A stretch of DNA of 64,000 nt from an uncultured bacterium (lineage in GTDB: Bacteria > Electryoneota > B3-LCP), in contig CAZUTK010000007.1 of the NCBI GenBank assembly GCA_964623265.1, positions 168 to 64,167 on the forward strand, in the 5' to 3' direction. This document shows, piece after piece, positions 29,237 to 38,823 of the stretch (positions within the stretch are counted from its first letter, which is position 1; the number at the start of each line of letters is the position of its first letter). A program made the translations under genes and the position numbers. The notes beneath the pieces are model-generated. The model was not told where the DNA came from, searched no databases, and worked only from the letters and a program-made list of their open reading frames with translations.

Positions 29237-32163
29237 CAGGGCGAGCCCTCAGCCATCATCCGCTGGTATTGCTGCAACCGACGCGTCGCCTGCACGTCGT
29301 TGGGATGCGCCGTGGTCCAATCCCGCAGCAATTGAACCGCCGCGGGATAGTCCCGCTTTCGTTCATAAACCAGCAGCAAGCCGCCGACGGCGGAACCGTC
29401 GTTGGGGTTCTTCAGCAGCATATCCCGGAAGAGCTGTTCCGCCTGATCTAATTGACCCATCTGGATATAGGCGCTGCCGAGTCTCATCTCGAGATCGTTG
29501 CTAAGCGGCTTCGAGCGCACTTCATTGAGCAATTTTTCCGCTGCGTCAATGCGCCCCATCTGTCGGTATGCCGTCGCCACTTCCAACTTCATCTCCGGAG
29601 TGGGATTCTCCTTCAGCGCCAGATCGAATTGCCGTTCCGCCGCTGCGGTGTCTCCCGCCCATTGCAGATACACAGCCCCATAGCGGAAGCGCTGTTCCGG
29701 TGTGATGTTGGGCTTGGAAGTGAGGCGGTTCAAGCGCTTGATCAGTTCTTCCGGCCTGCCTAAATCGGCGTAGAGTCTTCCCAGATGCATGACGATTTCA
29801 TCCTGACTGATGGCGATGACATCTTCCGGCATAAAATGCTCCATGCAATCGAGGATGAACAGCACTTTATCGCGGCTCGAGAAATCGGCGAATCGGTTCA
29901 CCGATTCCTGAATCGAGCTGTTGCGGTTGTACGGGATGGTTCCGGGCTGGTTCTGTTCGAGGTAGTAGGTGGCGAGCTGCAGAAACGCACTGCGATAGTT
30001 CTGCAAAAGACGAAAGATGTTGTCGTCGTAGTGAACCTTCGGATTATCTAGGTTGCGATAGTAATCCCGATAGTTGACCAGCAGATTCTCGAGGAGACGA
30101 TCCGGGTCAATTTCTTTTCCGGGTTCGGGATTCAAGCGGAACGCCAGCCCTTCCATCGTGAGATGATCTCGCAGGTTGAGCATATTCAAGGTGGAAACCG
30201 TGACGGCGAAGTAGATCGGGCGCTTCCATTGGGCGGCGCGGATGATGTCAATGATCATGATGTCCTGCACCCGCAGAAAGTTCGGTTCACCGGTATCGCC
30301 CGGTCCGGTGGACAGATGCAGCGTGGCGGGGACATCCCAGACCATCTCGCCTCCATCTGGCGTCGCCAAGCGGATAGTCGTGGGCTTGTTGGGGTCGTTT
30401 TTGGGCCAATAGCGCATCCTCAGAGCCGTCATATCGTGCTGGTCCAGGTACCGGTTGATGTAATCGTCGCTGAAGGTCATCGGAACTTTGGGTTCTGTGT
30501 GCTTCAATTGCAGAATATACCAGCCGGTGTTCAGCAGCGAAAGATTGATGACCCGGACATCCTTGCGGATGTTCTCCACTTCCTGCAGATACCAGAGCGG
30601 AAAGGTATCGTTGTCGCCGTTGGTGAAGATGACCGCATTGGGAGCACAGGTTTCCAGCATATTCCGAGAGTAATCCCAAGCGACGTAATTCCCCTGCCGG
30701 CTTTGACTTCGGTAGCTTTTCGCCAGCATATTCAGAGGAAGAAGGATCAGCAGCAGAGCCAGACCGCCGGCGATTAGGATTTGCGGATTCTTCTTCTTCC
30801 TGCCCAGCTCGCGCAGTTGATCCAGCAAGCCCTGCGCGCCGATGCCGATCCAGACTGCGAAGGCGTAAAAGCTCCCCACGTATGAGTAATCCCGTTCCCG
30901 CGGTTGCGGATTATCCTGATTGACATAGATGATGATGGCGTAACCCGTCATCAAGAACAGGGTGAGGATGACTAACGCTCTGCGCTTATCCTTGATGACG
31001 TGATGCGCCAGACCCCAGAATCCGAGAATCAGGGGCAGCGCGTAGAATTCGGAAAACTTCACCCCTGCGCCCTGAAAATCGCCCTCCATTCCGACGAATT
31101 GCCATAAGAAATAGCGGTTGTACATATAGTCAATCTGGTATCTCCAGAAGAAATCCGCTTCGCTGCTGTAGTTGGGATCGTTGTTCCAGCGGCGGGGAAA
31201 AATGCCGACATCCCCGTACTGCTCCCGGTTGATATAAGCGAGGAAGCGCTCGATGGTATCCGGATTGTTTTCGTCAATGTTGGGATTTAAGGATGATCGG
31301 ATGTAAATATATCCGTACGTCGAGTAACCGAGGATGATCAGGAATGTGGAGGCCAGCACCAGAAAGGGGACGCGCTGCCGGGCTTTCAATGCGTAATAAC
31401 AACCCAGCAGGACGCCGATGAAAATCAGAACCGGCACCGCCCAGCTGATCTTGAAAGTTGCCGGCAGGTATTTGATGATCCCGGGGTAGATGACGACGAA
31501 TCCCGCCAGAGTGATCGCCAGCATAGCGAAGAATGAAGACCAAGTGAACTTCCATCTTCGAAAGTAAATGACCAGAGCGATCGCAGGAATCGCCAGGATA
31601 TTCAGCAGATGCACGCCGATCGCCAAGCCGAAAATGTATGCGATGATCAGAAGCAGATGGTCGCTGGCAGGGTCGTCCGCTTCATCCGCCCAGCGAACGA
31701 TCAGATAGAACACGATGGCGGACAGAAACATGCTGGCGGCATAGACTTCCGCTTCCACGGCGTTGAACCAGAAACTGTGCGTGAAAGCGAACGTCAGCGC
31801 GCCGACTGCGGCGCCTCCGTAGACGATCCATCCGTCCAGAAGAGTCTCTTCCTTGCCCCGGTATAATCGCACCAGCCGCACGATGGTCAAATAGAGCAGC
31901 CAAACGGATAACGCGGATACGATGGTGCTGATCAAATTCACTCGCCAGCCCACATCGCCGAACGGGATCAAGCTGAAAAGATGCCCCATCAGCAGATAGA
32001 GTGGGGAACCCGGCGGATGCGGCACTCCCATTATAACCGAGCAAGCGATGAATTCGCCGCAATCCCAAAAAGAGAGCGTCGGTGAGATCGTGCTCAGGTA
32101 GATGATCCAGGAGAAAATAAGAAGAAAAGCCGCGATGACGCGATGCAGAGTCTTTAAATCCAT
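29236..32163 (-). CDS. DUF2723/TMEM260-like GT-C-fold membrane protein with C-terminal TPR repeats (putative polyprenyl-P-sugar-dependent protein glycosyltransferase)
   Basis: ~11 TM helices in the N-terminal ~500 aa with SFWDCGEF motif. Large soluble C-terminus of TPR-like repeats (AYIQMGQLDQAEQLF ...). ATG at 32163; the ORF-track GTG is at 32220. Confidence 0.6.
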   Translation of the reverse strand: MDLKTLHRVIAAFLLIFSWIIYLSTISPTLSFWDCGEFIACSVIMGVPHPPGSPLYLLMGHLFSLIPFGDVGWRVNLISTIVSALSVWLLYLTIVRLVRLYRGKEETLLDGWIVYGGAAVGALTFAFTHSFWFNAVEAEVYAASMFLSAIVFYLIVRWADEADDPASDHLLLIIAYIFGLAIGVHLLNILAIPAIALVIYFRRWKFTWSSFFAMLAITLAGFVVIYPGIIKYLPATFKISWAVPVLIFIGVLLGCYYALKARQRVPFLVLASTFLIILGYSTYGYIYIRSSLNPNIDENNPDTIERFLAYINREQYGDVGIFPRRWNNDPNYSSEADFFWRYQIDYMYNRYFLWQFVGMEGDFQGAGVKFSEFYALPLILGFWGLAHHVIKDKRRALVILTLFLMTGYAIIIYVNQDNPQPRERDYSYVGSFYAFAVWIGIGAQGLLDQLRELGRKKKNPQILIAGGLALLLILLPLNMLAKSYRSQSRQGNYVAWDYSRNMLETCAPNAVIFTNGDNDTFPLWYLQEVENIRKDVRVINLSLLNTGWYILQLKHTEPKVPMTFSDDYINRYLDQHDMTALRMRYWPKNDPNKPTTIRLATPDGGEMVWDVPATLHLSTGPGDTGEPNFLRVQDIMIIDIIRAAQWKRPIYFAVTVSTLNMLNLRDHLTMEGLAFRLNPEPGKEIDPDRLLENLLVNYRDYYRNLDNPKVHYDDNIFRLLQNYRSAFLQLATYYLEQNQPGTIPYNRNSSIQESVNRFADFSSRDKVLFILDCMEHFMPEDVIAISQDEIVMHLGRLYADLGRPEELIKRLNRLTSKPNITPEQRFRYGAVYLQWAGDTAAAERQFDLALKENPTPEMKLEVATAYRQMGRIDAAEKLLNEVRSKPLSNDLEMRLGSAYIQMGQLDQAEQLFRDMLLKNPNDGSAVGGLLLVYERKRDYPAAVQLLRDWTTAHPNDVQATRRLQQYQRMMAEGSP

Positions 32164-32355
32164 TGGGGTTCCAGCCGTATTAGGTTCTTCCGTCGGTTCA
32201 ATGGGCGGATAACATTGCACGAATCAGCAGGGCATTAAAACAAAAATGTACAAAATATATCATTTGAAGTCAAGCGAAATTATCCGCATGCGTTTTCATG
32301 ATGCTTCGATCCTTGCGTGATTGTAACCTGTCATAATTCTATTCGATGATCGAAC

Positions 32356-33234
32356 TCAATGAATCTCGGATTCGCTGCCGTTCTTCGCATTTCCTTTGCA
32401 GAGCCCGCGGAATGCCGCCTGCAGCCGGAGTGTGATCGGACCGGGTTTTCCGCTTCCGATGCTGCGTTCTCCGATTTTCACGATCGGAGTGATCTCGGTC
32501 GAAGTTCCGGCGATCATGGCTTCGTCCGCCTTGTAGAATTCCATTTCCAAAATCGTTCTCTCGCTGAAGGGGATGCGCAGCTCACGGCAGAGATTTAGCA
32601 CTATACAGCGGGTGATGCTGCCCAGCATATAATTCGTCAGCGGCGGCGTCACCACGCAACCGTCGAAAACCGCCAGCACGCTGCTGTGTGTCCCTTCGAT
32701 GACCGCACCGTCTCGGATGAAGACGGCTTCCTGCGCATTTTGATCCAAGGCTTGCTGATGAGCCAGCACATTGGCGGTCAAGCCGGTGGCTTTAATGTCG
32801 CACCTCGCCCAGCGCTGATCCGGCAGCAGGATGACATTGATTCCGCGACGCATGGCGTCGCGATCGGGTGTGAAGGGTTTGGCTTCGGCGTAAATGGTCA
32901 AGGGTGTATCCAGCGCAGGGAAGCGGTGCAATCTCGGCGCAACGCCGCGCGTCACCTGGATATAAAGCACGGCTTCGCCGAGGAGGAGATCATTCTCTCG
33001 AAGCAGATTGGCGCAGACCTCCTGCAGAAACCCAAAATCCGTCTCCCGGAATCGAAGCTGCCGGGCTCCGTAGTTCAAGCGCTCGATGTGAGCCTCGATC
33101 TCGAAAATCCTGCCTTCATAGCTGCGCATCACTTCGTAGATCGAGTCCGCAAAGAGGAACCCCCGGTCATCCGGCGAAATGCAGACTTCTTCTTTAGGCA
33201 GGTATTTGCCGTTGAAATAAACCAGCATAGCCAT
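32356..33234 (-). CDS. Class IV PLP aminotransferase (branched-chain/D-amino-acid aminotransferase family)
   Basis: Fold-type IV signature (EVMRSY ... catalytic Lys region, GTSTEITPI). Confidence 0.75.
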   Translation of the reverse strand: MAMLVYFNGKYLPKEEVCISPDDRGFLFADSIYEVMRSYEGRIFEIEAHIERLNYGARQLRFRETDFGFLQEVCANLLRENDLLLGEAVLYIQVTRGVAPRLHRFPALDTPLTIYAEAKPFTPDRDAMRRGINVILLPDQRWARCDIKATGLTANVLAHQQALDQNAQEAVFIRDGAVIEGTHSSVLAVFDGCVVTPPLTNYMLGSITRCIVLNLCRELRIPFSERTILEMEFYKADEAMIAGTSTEITPIVKIGERSIGSGKPGPITLRLQAAFRGLCKGNAKNGSESEIH

Positions 33235-33248
33235 GCAGAATGATCCGT

Positions 33249-36068
33249 TTAATGCGCTTCCAACCAGTTGTCTCCCACGCCCAATTCCACCACCACCGGA
33301 ACTTTCAGTTCCATGGCGCTTTCCATCTCTTCCTTGACCATCTGTTTCACTTCCTCCAATACGTTTTTTTCCACTTCGAATACCAGCTCGTCGTGCACTT
33401 GCAAAATCATCAGTGCAGACTGCCGAGACTTCGCCTCCTCTGCGGATGGGGAACCGCTCTGCGGGAATAGTTCAGCGTGTGCCACGGAGGCGGATGAATT
33501 GTTATGATTACTTGATCTTCCCGCAAATTGTGAACTCCTCAGCTTTTTGTGAATGCGGATCATCGCCAGCTTGATCATATCCGCCGCCGTCCCCTGGATC
33601 GGCGTGTTGATGGCGGTGCGCTCCGCGGATTCGCGCACGATGCGGTTTTGGGAGTTAATATCCGGGAGCAGCCGCCGCCTGCCCAGGAGCGTGGTCACGA
33701 ATTTATCCCGCCGCGCTTGTTCGATGGTTCTCTCCATATAGGTGCGCACGCCGGGATAAGTCTCGAAGTACTGCCGGCGGAAGTCCGCAGCGACGGTAAG
33801 AGGGATGCTCAGACGGGAGGAGAGACCGTAATCCCCCATGCCGTAGATGACGCCGAAATTGATCTCCTTGGCGCTGCGCCTCAGCTCCGGTGTGACCTCT
33901 TCTTCGGGCACGCGCAGGATGCGGGCTGCGGTGGCGGTGTGAATGTCTTTGCCTTCGTGGAAGGCGGCGATTAAGTTTTCGTCGCCGGAAATATGCGCCA
34001 CCAGACGCAGTTCGATCTGGGAGTAGTCCGCCGAGAGGATGACCCGCGAAGAGCCCCCGGGAATGAACGCCTTGCGAATCGTGCCGCCCAGCTCCGTGCG
34101 GATGGGTATGTTCTGGAGATTCGGATCGGAACTCGAGAGCCGACCCGTCGCCGCCACAGTCTGGTTGAAGGAAGTGTGTACTCTGCCCGTGGCCGGATTG
34201 ATCATTCGAGGCAGAGCGTCCACATAGGTGGATTTCAATTTCTGCACTTGACGGTATTCCAGCAGTGTGCGCGGCAGAGGATCCAATTTCGCCAGTTCTT
34301 CCAATACCTCCACATCCGTAGAATAGCCCGATTTGGTTTTCTTAATTGGCTTCAGGTGCAGTTTTTCAAATAGAATATGCGCCAATTGCTGGGTAGAATT
34401 GATGTTGAATTCCGTTCCGGCAAGCCGGTAAATTTCCTGGGTCAGAGCTTCCAGTCGTTCACCCATTTCCCGCGACATCTCGGCGAGAAGTTTCAGATCC
34501 AACGCCACACCGTTGAATTCCATTTCCAGCAGGACTGGGATCAGAGGCAGCTCCAGCTTCTCGAACAGATCCAGCATCTTCTCTTGTTCCACGCGCGCTT
34601 TCAAAAGAATACACAAGCGGCGGGCGATATCCGCGTCTTCGCAGGCGTAGCGGGAGATCTTTTCCAGAGGCACTTCCGCCATCGTGATCTGATTCTTGCC
34701 TGAACCGATCAAATCCGATGTGGGGATTTTCTTGTATTCGAGAAATTCTAGCGAAAGGGAGTCCATACCGTGCTGCCGTCGAGACGGATCCAGCAGATAG
34801 GAGGCGATCATCGCGTCGCAAACGATTCCGCGCAAGATAACGTCGTGGCAACGCAAAACTAAAGCGTCATATTTTAAATTCTGACCGCATTTGGGGATGG
34901 TCTCATCTTCGTAGAGAGGGCGCAATCTGTCGAGCAGCCATTGGGTTTCCGGCAGGACCGGCTGCCCCAGGCGGAGGATGCCGCTGTCCACCGCGGGGAA
35001 ATACCCCAGGCGCGCCGGAACATACCAGGCTTCATGATCTTGTACCGCGAAGGAAAACCCCACGATTTCCGCCTGCATCGGATCCTGCGAAGTCGTTTCC
35101 AGATCCACGGAAAGCGGGCTGCCTTGCTTGAGTTGCGGCAGAATCTCTTCCAGCTCTTCCGGAGAAAGAATCGTCTTATATTGCTGTTCGGGTCGGGGTT
35201 TGCCAAAATCCAGCTTATCGAGCAAGCTGTGAAATCCGAGTTTCTTGTAGAATTCGATCAGTTTTTGAGCGTCCGGAGGGCGCCGGATGAACTGATTTAG
35301 TTCGATTTTCACCGGCACATCGGTGTTGAGCTCGACCAATTTGCGGGATAAGCGCGCCTGTTCGGCGAATTCCAGCAAATTCTGGCGCAAGGCGGGTTTG
35401 GGGATTTCCTGCGCATGGCTTAATACCTCTTCCAGCGAGCCGAATTGATTGATCAATTCGGCGGCGGTCTTTTCACCCACTTTCGGGACGCCGGGCACGT
35501 TGTCGGAGGTGTCACCTTTCAACCCCATGAAGTCCACGATCTGATCTGGATGCACACCCCACTTCGCCTTGACGCCGGCGGCGTCAATTAAATCCAGCCC
35601 TTCACCTTTGCCGCGGGGCGCCAGCAGTTTGATGCGCTCATTCACCAATTGTCCGAAGTCCTTGTCGCCGCTGACGATGAAGACATCGAACCTTTCTTGC
35701 GCCGCTTTCTTGGCGATCGTGCCGATCAAGTCATCCGCTTCATACCCCGGCATCTCCATCACATCCAGACCCATCGCCAAAACCATTTCCTTGATGACAT
35801 CCAACTGTGCCGCCAGATCCTCCGGCATCTTCTGGCGGGTGGCTTTGTAATCCGGGTAGATTTCGTGGCGGAACGTGGGACCCTTGGCGTCGAAGATGCA
35901 GACGGCGTGAGTGATGTCTTCCCGAGACAGCAGCGCGTTTAGAAACAGAGCCGCACCGTAGGTGGCGCCGGTGGGTTGTCCCGTCGAGCTGGTCAGCTGT
36001 GTGCGGCTGAACGCGAAATGCGAGCGATATGCCAGCGCAGTTCCGTCAAGAAGATATAAGGTCGGCAT
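33249..36068 (-). CDS. polA: DNA polymerase I
   Basis: 5'-3' exonuclease, 3'-5' exo-like and polymerase domains. DYSQIELR, QVHDELVFE motifs. Confidence 0.95.
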   Translation of the reverse strand: MPTLYLLDGTALAYRSHFAFSRTQLTSSTGQPTGATYGAALFLNALLSREDITHAVCIFDAKGPTFRHEIYPDYKATRQKMPEDLAAQLDVIKEMVLAMGLDVMEMPGYEADDLIGTIAKKAAQERFDVFIVSGDKDFGQLVNERIKLLAPRGKGEGLDLIDAAGVKAKWGVHPDQIVDFMGLKGDTSDNVPGVPKVGEKTAAELINQFGSLEEVLSHAQEIPKPALRQNLLEFAEQARLSRKLVELNTDVPVKIELNQFIRRPPDAQKLIEFYKKLGFHSLLDKLDFGKPRPEQQYKTILSPEELEEILPQLKQGSPLSVDLETTSQDPMQAEIVGFSFAVQDHEAWYVPARLGYFPAVDSGILRLGQPVLPETQWLLDRLRPLYEDETIPKCGQNLKYDALVLRCHDVILRGIVCDAMIASYLLDPSRRQHGMDSLSLEFLEYKKIPTSDLIGSGKNQITMAEVPLEKISRYACEDADIARRLCILLKARVEQEKMLDLFEKLELPLIPVLLEMEFNGVALDLKLLAEMSREMGERLEALTQEIYRLAGTEFNINSTQQLAHILFEKLHLKPIKKTKSGYSTDVEVLEELAKLDPLPRTLLEYRQVQKLKSTYVDALPRMINPATGRVHTSFNQTVAATGRLSSSDPNLQNIPIRTELGGTIRKAFIPGGSSRVILSADYSQIELRLVAHISGDENLIAAFHEGKDIHTATAARILRVPEEEVTPELRRSAKEINFGVIYGMGDYGLSSRLSIPLTVAADFRRQYFETYPGVRTYMERTIEQARRDKFVTTLLGRRRLLPDINSQNRIVRESAERTAINTPIQGTAADMIKLAMIRIHKKLRSSQFAGRSSNHNNSSASVAHAELFPQSGSPSAEEAKSRQSALMILQVHDELVFEVEKNVLEEVKQMVKEEMESAMELKVPVVVELGVGDNWLEAH

Positions 36069-36103
36069 TTAAGCGATTCTCAAATAATACTCTGCGAGTC
36101 TTT

Positions 36104-37714
36104 TTAGGGAAGAGGCATCCATTCCCCGATATGTTCTGTGTAAATCTTGCATTTCCCTTGCGTCGTCCATCGGTCGTCGGAATTGTAAGTCCAGGTGAGG
36201 TATTCCGAATTGCCGCCTCCCAGCGTGGTGATCAGATAGCGGTTGGCGAGATGCCCGATGTAATTCGCTTGATCCTCCGGCAACGGCTGATCTCCACCGG
36301 AGGGGTCCACCGGAATCCAACCATAGGGGGGCAAATAGACTTCCGCCCAGCGGTGGAAGACGTCATCCAGACTGGCGTCGTCGCCGCGCACCGCGATGGA
36401 CCCCGCGTGACGGGCGCGCAGCCCCGCGGCGCGGCACAGCGCCAGAAAGACGAAAGTGTATTCCGAGCAGGATCCATTTCCGCGCTGCAACACCGCGGGA
36501 GCCGAATTCCATCCTCCGGACAGCTCATACGTCAGATGATCTCGAAGATAATTGAAAATTTTGCGCATGATCCAATAAGGGTTCTGCTCTTTACCCACCG
36601 CCTCCTGCAGTGCTTTCTGGATGATGGGATTCTGATAGTCAAATTTCTCGTCGTTGATGAGATAGGATTCCCGGATTTCCTTGGGGATGTCCGTCAATTT
36701 TCCCACCTTTTCCGGAAAAATGAAATAGCGGGTATCCTTGAGTTCGACGTCAACGATCATCGTGAAACGCGGCATCTGCCCCGCCGCCGTCCGGTTCAGA
36801 TGATAATGCGCCACCTTCTGACCCCATCGGTCGGTCAGAAAATCCACAGGCGCCGGATGAAAAATCGGATCGCTCAGGAGGCGCTGGTTGGGAAGATCCC
36901 GGGGAACGGCGAGGTACACATCCAACGCTTCCAGAACACCGGGACCGTAGTTGCGCACTTCGTGAGTGAATTCCACTCGCTCTCGCTTCACATCGGAGTT
37001 GCGAAAGATGCCCTCATCCCCGACGGCAATACAGTAAATTGAATCCGTCTGAAAATCCACGTTCCAAAGCAATTTGCCGTCCCATGCCAGACCGTCGGCG
37101 TAGGGCGCCGGCGCGTCGAACATCACGATCACATCTCCGGTTTCCGGGCTGATGCGATAGATGCGGTTGCTCACGCGGTCGGACACCCAGAGACAGCCGC
37201 CGTCGAACGTCAGTCCCTGGGGGGATCGGGAAGGAGCAGGCAGGGATAGAATGGTGGTGCCATCCGCAGGGCTGATTTTGTGGATCTTTCGATCTGCGCG
37301 GCTTGCCAGCCAGAGATATTCGCCGTCCCAGGCGATGCCCGTCGGCTGCGCCGCCGGCGATTCGACAGTTCGGGTGACCAACGCGTCCCGCGGTCGCAGT
37401 CGGTAAATCTTCCCCTCTTCGCCGCACACGCACCAGAGTTGCTCCCCATCGTAGGTCAGCCCCACCGGTCTGAAGGTCGGAGCGGGCAAAGATCGAATTA
37501 CATTGCCGCCTGCCGGATCTACGCCATAGAGTGAATCCGTCTTCAAATCCGCCGCCCAGAGGTTTTTTCCATCCCACGCCAACCCCGTGGAACAGGTTGC
37601 CGGAGCGGGAAAACCGCGCAGCACATCTCCGGTGACGGCGTGAGCGGCGTTCAAAGCGAAGAAAAGCAGGAGTATTGCGATCCCAAAGCTTGGAAAGGGT
37701 GTAGGTTTGCCCAT
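36104..37714 (-). CDS. Secreted fusion protein: glutamine-cyclotransferase-like beta-propeller + transglutaminase-like cysteine protease domain
   Basis: Signal peptide. ~5 repeats of the GLAWDGKNLW / GLTYDGEQLW / GIAWDGEYLW / GLTFDGGCLW / GLAWDGKLLW type. C-terminal G-S-C-S-E ... H ... D transglutaminase core. AAAGGAG SD. Confidence 0.65.
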   Translation of the reverse strand: MGKPTPFPSFGIAILLLFFALNAAHAVTGDVLRGFPAPATCSTGLAWDGKNLWAADLKTDSLYGVDPAGGNVIRSLPAPTFRPVGLTYDGEQLWCVCGEEGKIYRLRPRDALVTRTVESPAAQPTGIAWDGEYLWLASRADRKIHKISPADGTTILSLPAPSRSPQGLTFDGGCLWVSDRVSNRIYRISPETGDVIVMFDAPAPYADGLAWDGKLLWNVDFQTDSIYCIAVGDEGIFRNSDVKRERVEFTHEVRNYGPGVLEALDVYLAVPRDLPNQRLLSDPIFHPAPVDFLTDRWGQKVAHYHLNRTAAGQMPRFTMIVDVELKDTRYFIFPEKVGKLTDIPKEIRESYLINDEKFDYQNPIIQKALQEAVGKEQNPYWIMRKIFNYLRDHLTYELSGGWNSAPAVLQRGNGSCSEYTFVFLALCRAAGLRARHAGSIAVRGDDASLDDVFHRWAEVYLPPYGWIPVDPSGGDQPLPEDQANYIGHLANRYLITTLGGGNSEYLTWTYNSDDRWTTQGKCKIYTEHIGEWMPLP

Positions 37715-37768
37715 ACGAGACTCCTTTCAACATCAGGAAACAATCGGGTCAAATCCGCAGCGCATCAC

Positions 37769-37797
37769 AATTTAACTTTCGCTTGCTTAAAGGTCAA
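37769..37797 (-). promoter_or_regulatory. Sigma70-like promoter candidate for gene 36104-37714
   Basis: Minus-strand TTGACC-17 nt-TAAATT, ~50 nt upstream of the SD/ATG. Confidence 0.35.
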
Positions 37798-37850
37798 TAG
37801 TTTGTGAAGCGGATTTTTACTTCGACAAAGTATGATGTATCTGCGCAGGG

Positions 37851-37890
37851 GAGAAAAAATCGGCTGGATAGGGCGTTCTCCATCCAGCCG
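37851..37890 (-). terminator. Rho-independent terminator of che operon
   Basis: CGGCTGGAT-12 nt-ATCCAGCCG stem, followed on the minus strand by ATTTTTTCTCCCC, ~40 nt past the cheX stop. Confidence 0.6.
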
Positions 37891-37927
37891 AATTTGCGGG
37901 AAAATTCCGAAATGTCGTCGCGCGAAT

Positions 37928-38440
37928 TTATAAAACAGCTTCCTCCGTCGTTTTTTCGATCGGAGTTCGGCGATGTTCGACTTTCATGCTGACTTCCATG
38001 ACGAAAGCGGATCCGTCCCAGGTGAACGGAATAACGACGATGGGGATCGTTCCGCGGTGAGCGATCGTATGCTGCCGACCGACGACGACGGTGGGGATCG
38101 AGATGCGGAACGATAGCCCGCTGTTCTCGAATTCCGTCTTCGCCCCGCCCGCCACAATGTTGATCAATTCCCCCACCGTGTCTTCGACTTCGTGGTTGAT
38201 CTTGTGGAATGTTTCGCCCATCATCGTTCGATAGATCTTCAGCGCCGCTTCCGTCGAAAAACTCAGCGCCACCGATCCTTGAACGAATTCTCCCGCGTAG
38301 CCGATAATGCCGGAGATGTCCCCCTGAGCGATCATATGCTCTTTGATCTTGGGCGAACTGCGAACCGGTGCTTTGCCCAGCATGGTCTCCATCGTGTTGT
38401 TCACGGCGCGGATGAAAGGGTTAATGTACTTGACGTCCAT
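37928..38440 (-). CDS. cheX: CheY-P phosphatase CheX
   Basis: CheC/CheX family motif GELINIVAGG. ~170 aa. Confidence 0.75.
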   Translation of the reverse strand: MDVKYINPFIRAVNNTMETMLGKAPVRSSPKIKEHMIAQGDISGIIGYAGEFVQGSVALSFSTEAALKIYRTMMGETFHKINHEVEDTVGELINIVAGGAKTEFENSGLSFRISIPTVVVGRQHTIAHRGTIPIVVIPFTWDGSAFVMEVSMKVEHRRTPIEKTTEEAVL

Positions 38441-38460
38441 AGAGTCTCCCGGTGCCTATT

Positions 38461-38823
38461 TCAATTGGGGTTGATGACGGATTTCACTTTTTCCAGAAGC
38501 GTGGCTGGTGTGAAGGGTTTTACCACATAATTGTTAACACCTTGTTTTAACGCTTCGACGACGTCTTTTTTTGCGCCGATGGAAGTAATCATAACGATGG
38601 GGATGCCTGCGAAAGAAGGATTCTTCTTGATCTCTTTGACGAACGTCAAGCCGTCCATCACCGGCATGTTCCAATCGGTCAAGATCAGATTCACCCCTGC
38701 TAATTTTCCGATCGCTTCGACGCCGTTTTCCGCTTCGATCGTATCGTTGAAGCCCGCGTCATTCAGATTCTTAATGATGATCCTGCGCATGGTCGCAGAG
38801 TCATCCACTACGAGGATTTTCAC
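38461..38823 (-). CDS. cheY: Chemotaxis response regulator CheY
   Basis: 120 aa. ILVVDDSATMR ... LILTDWNMPVMDG ... NNYVVKPF. Confidence 0.9.
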   Translation of the reverse strand: MKILVVDDSATMRRIIIKNLNDAGFNDTIEAENGVEAIGKLAGVNLILTDWNMPVMDGLTFVKEIKKNPSFAGIPIVMITSIGAKKDVVEALKQGVNNYVVKPFTPATLLEKVKSVINPN

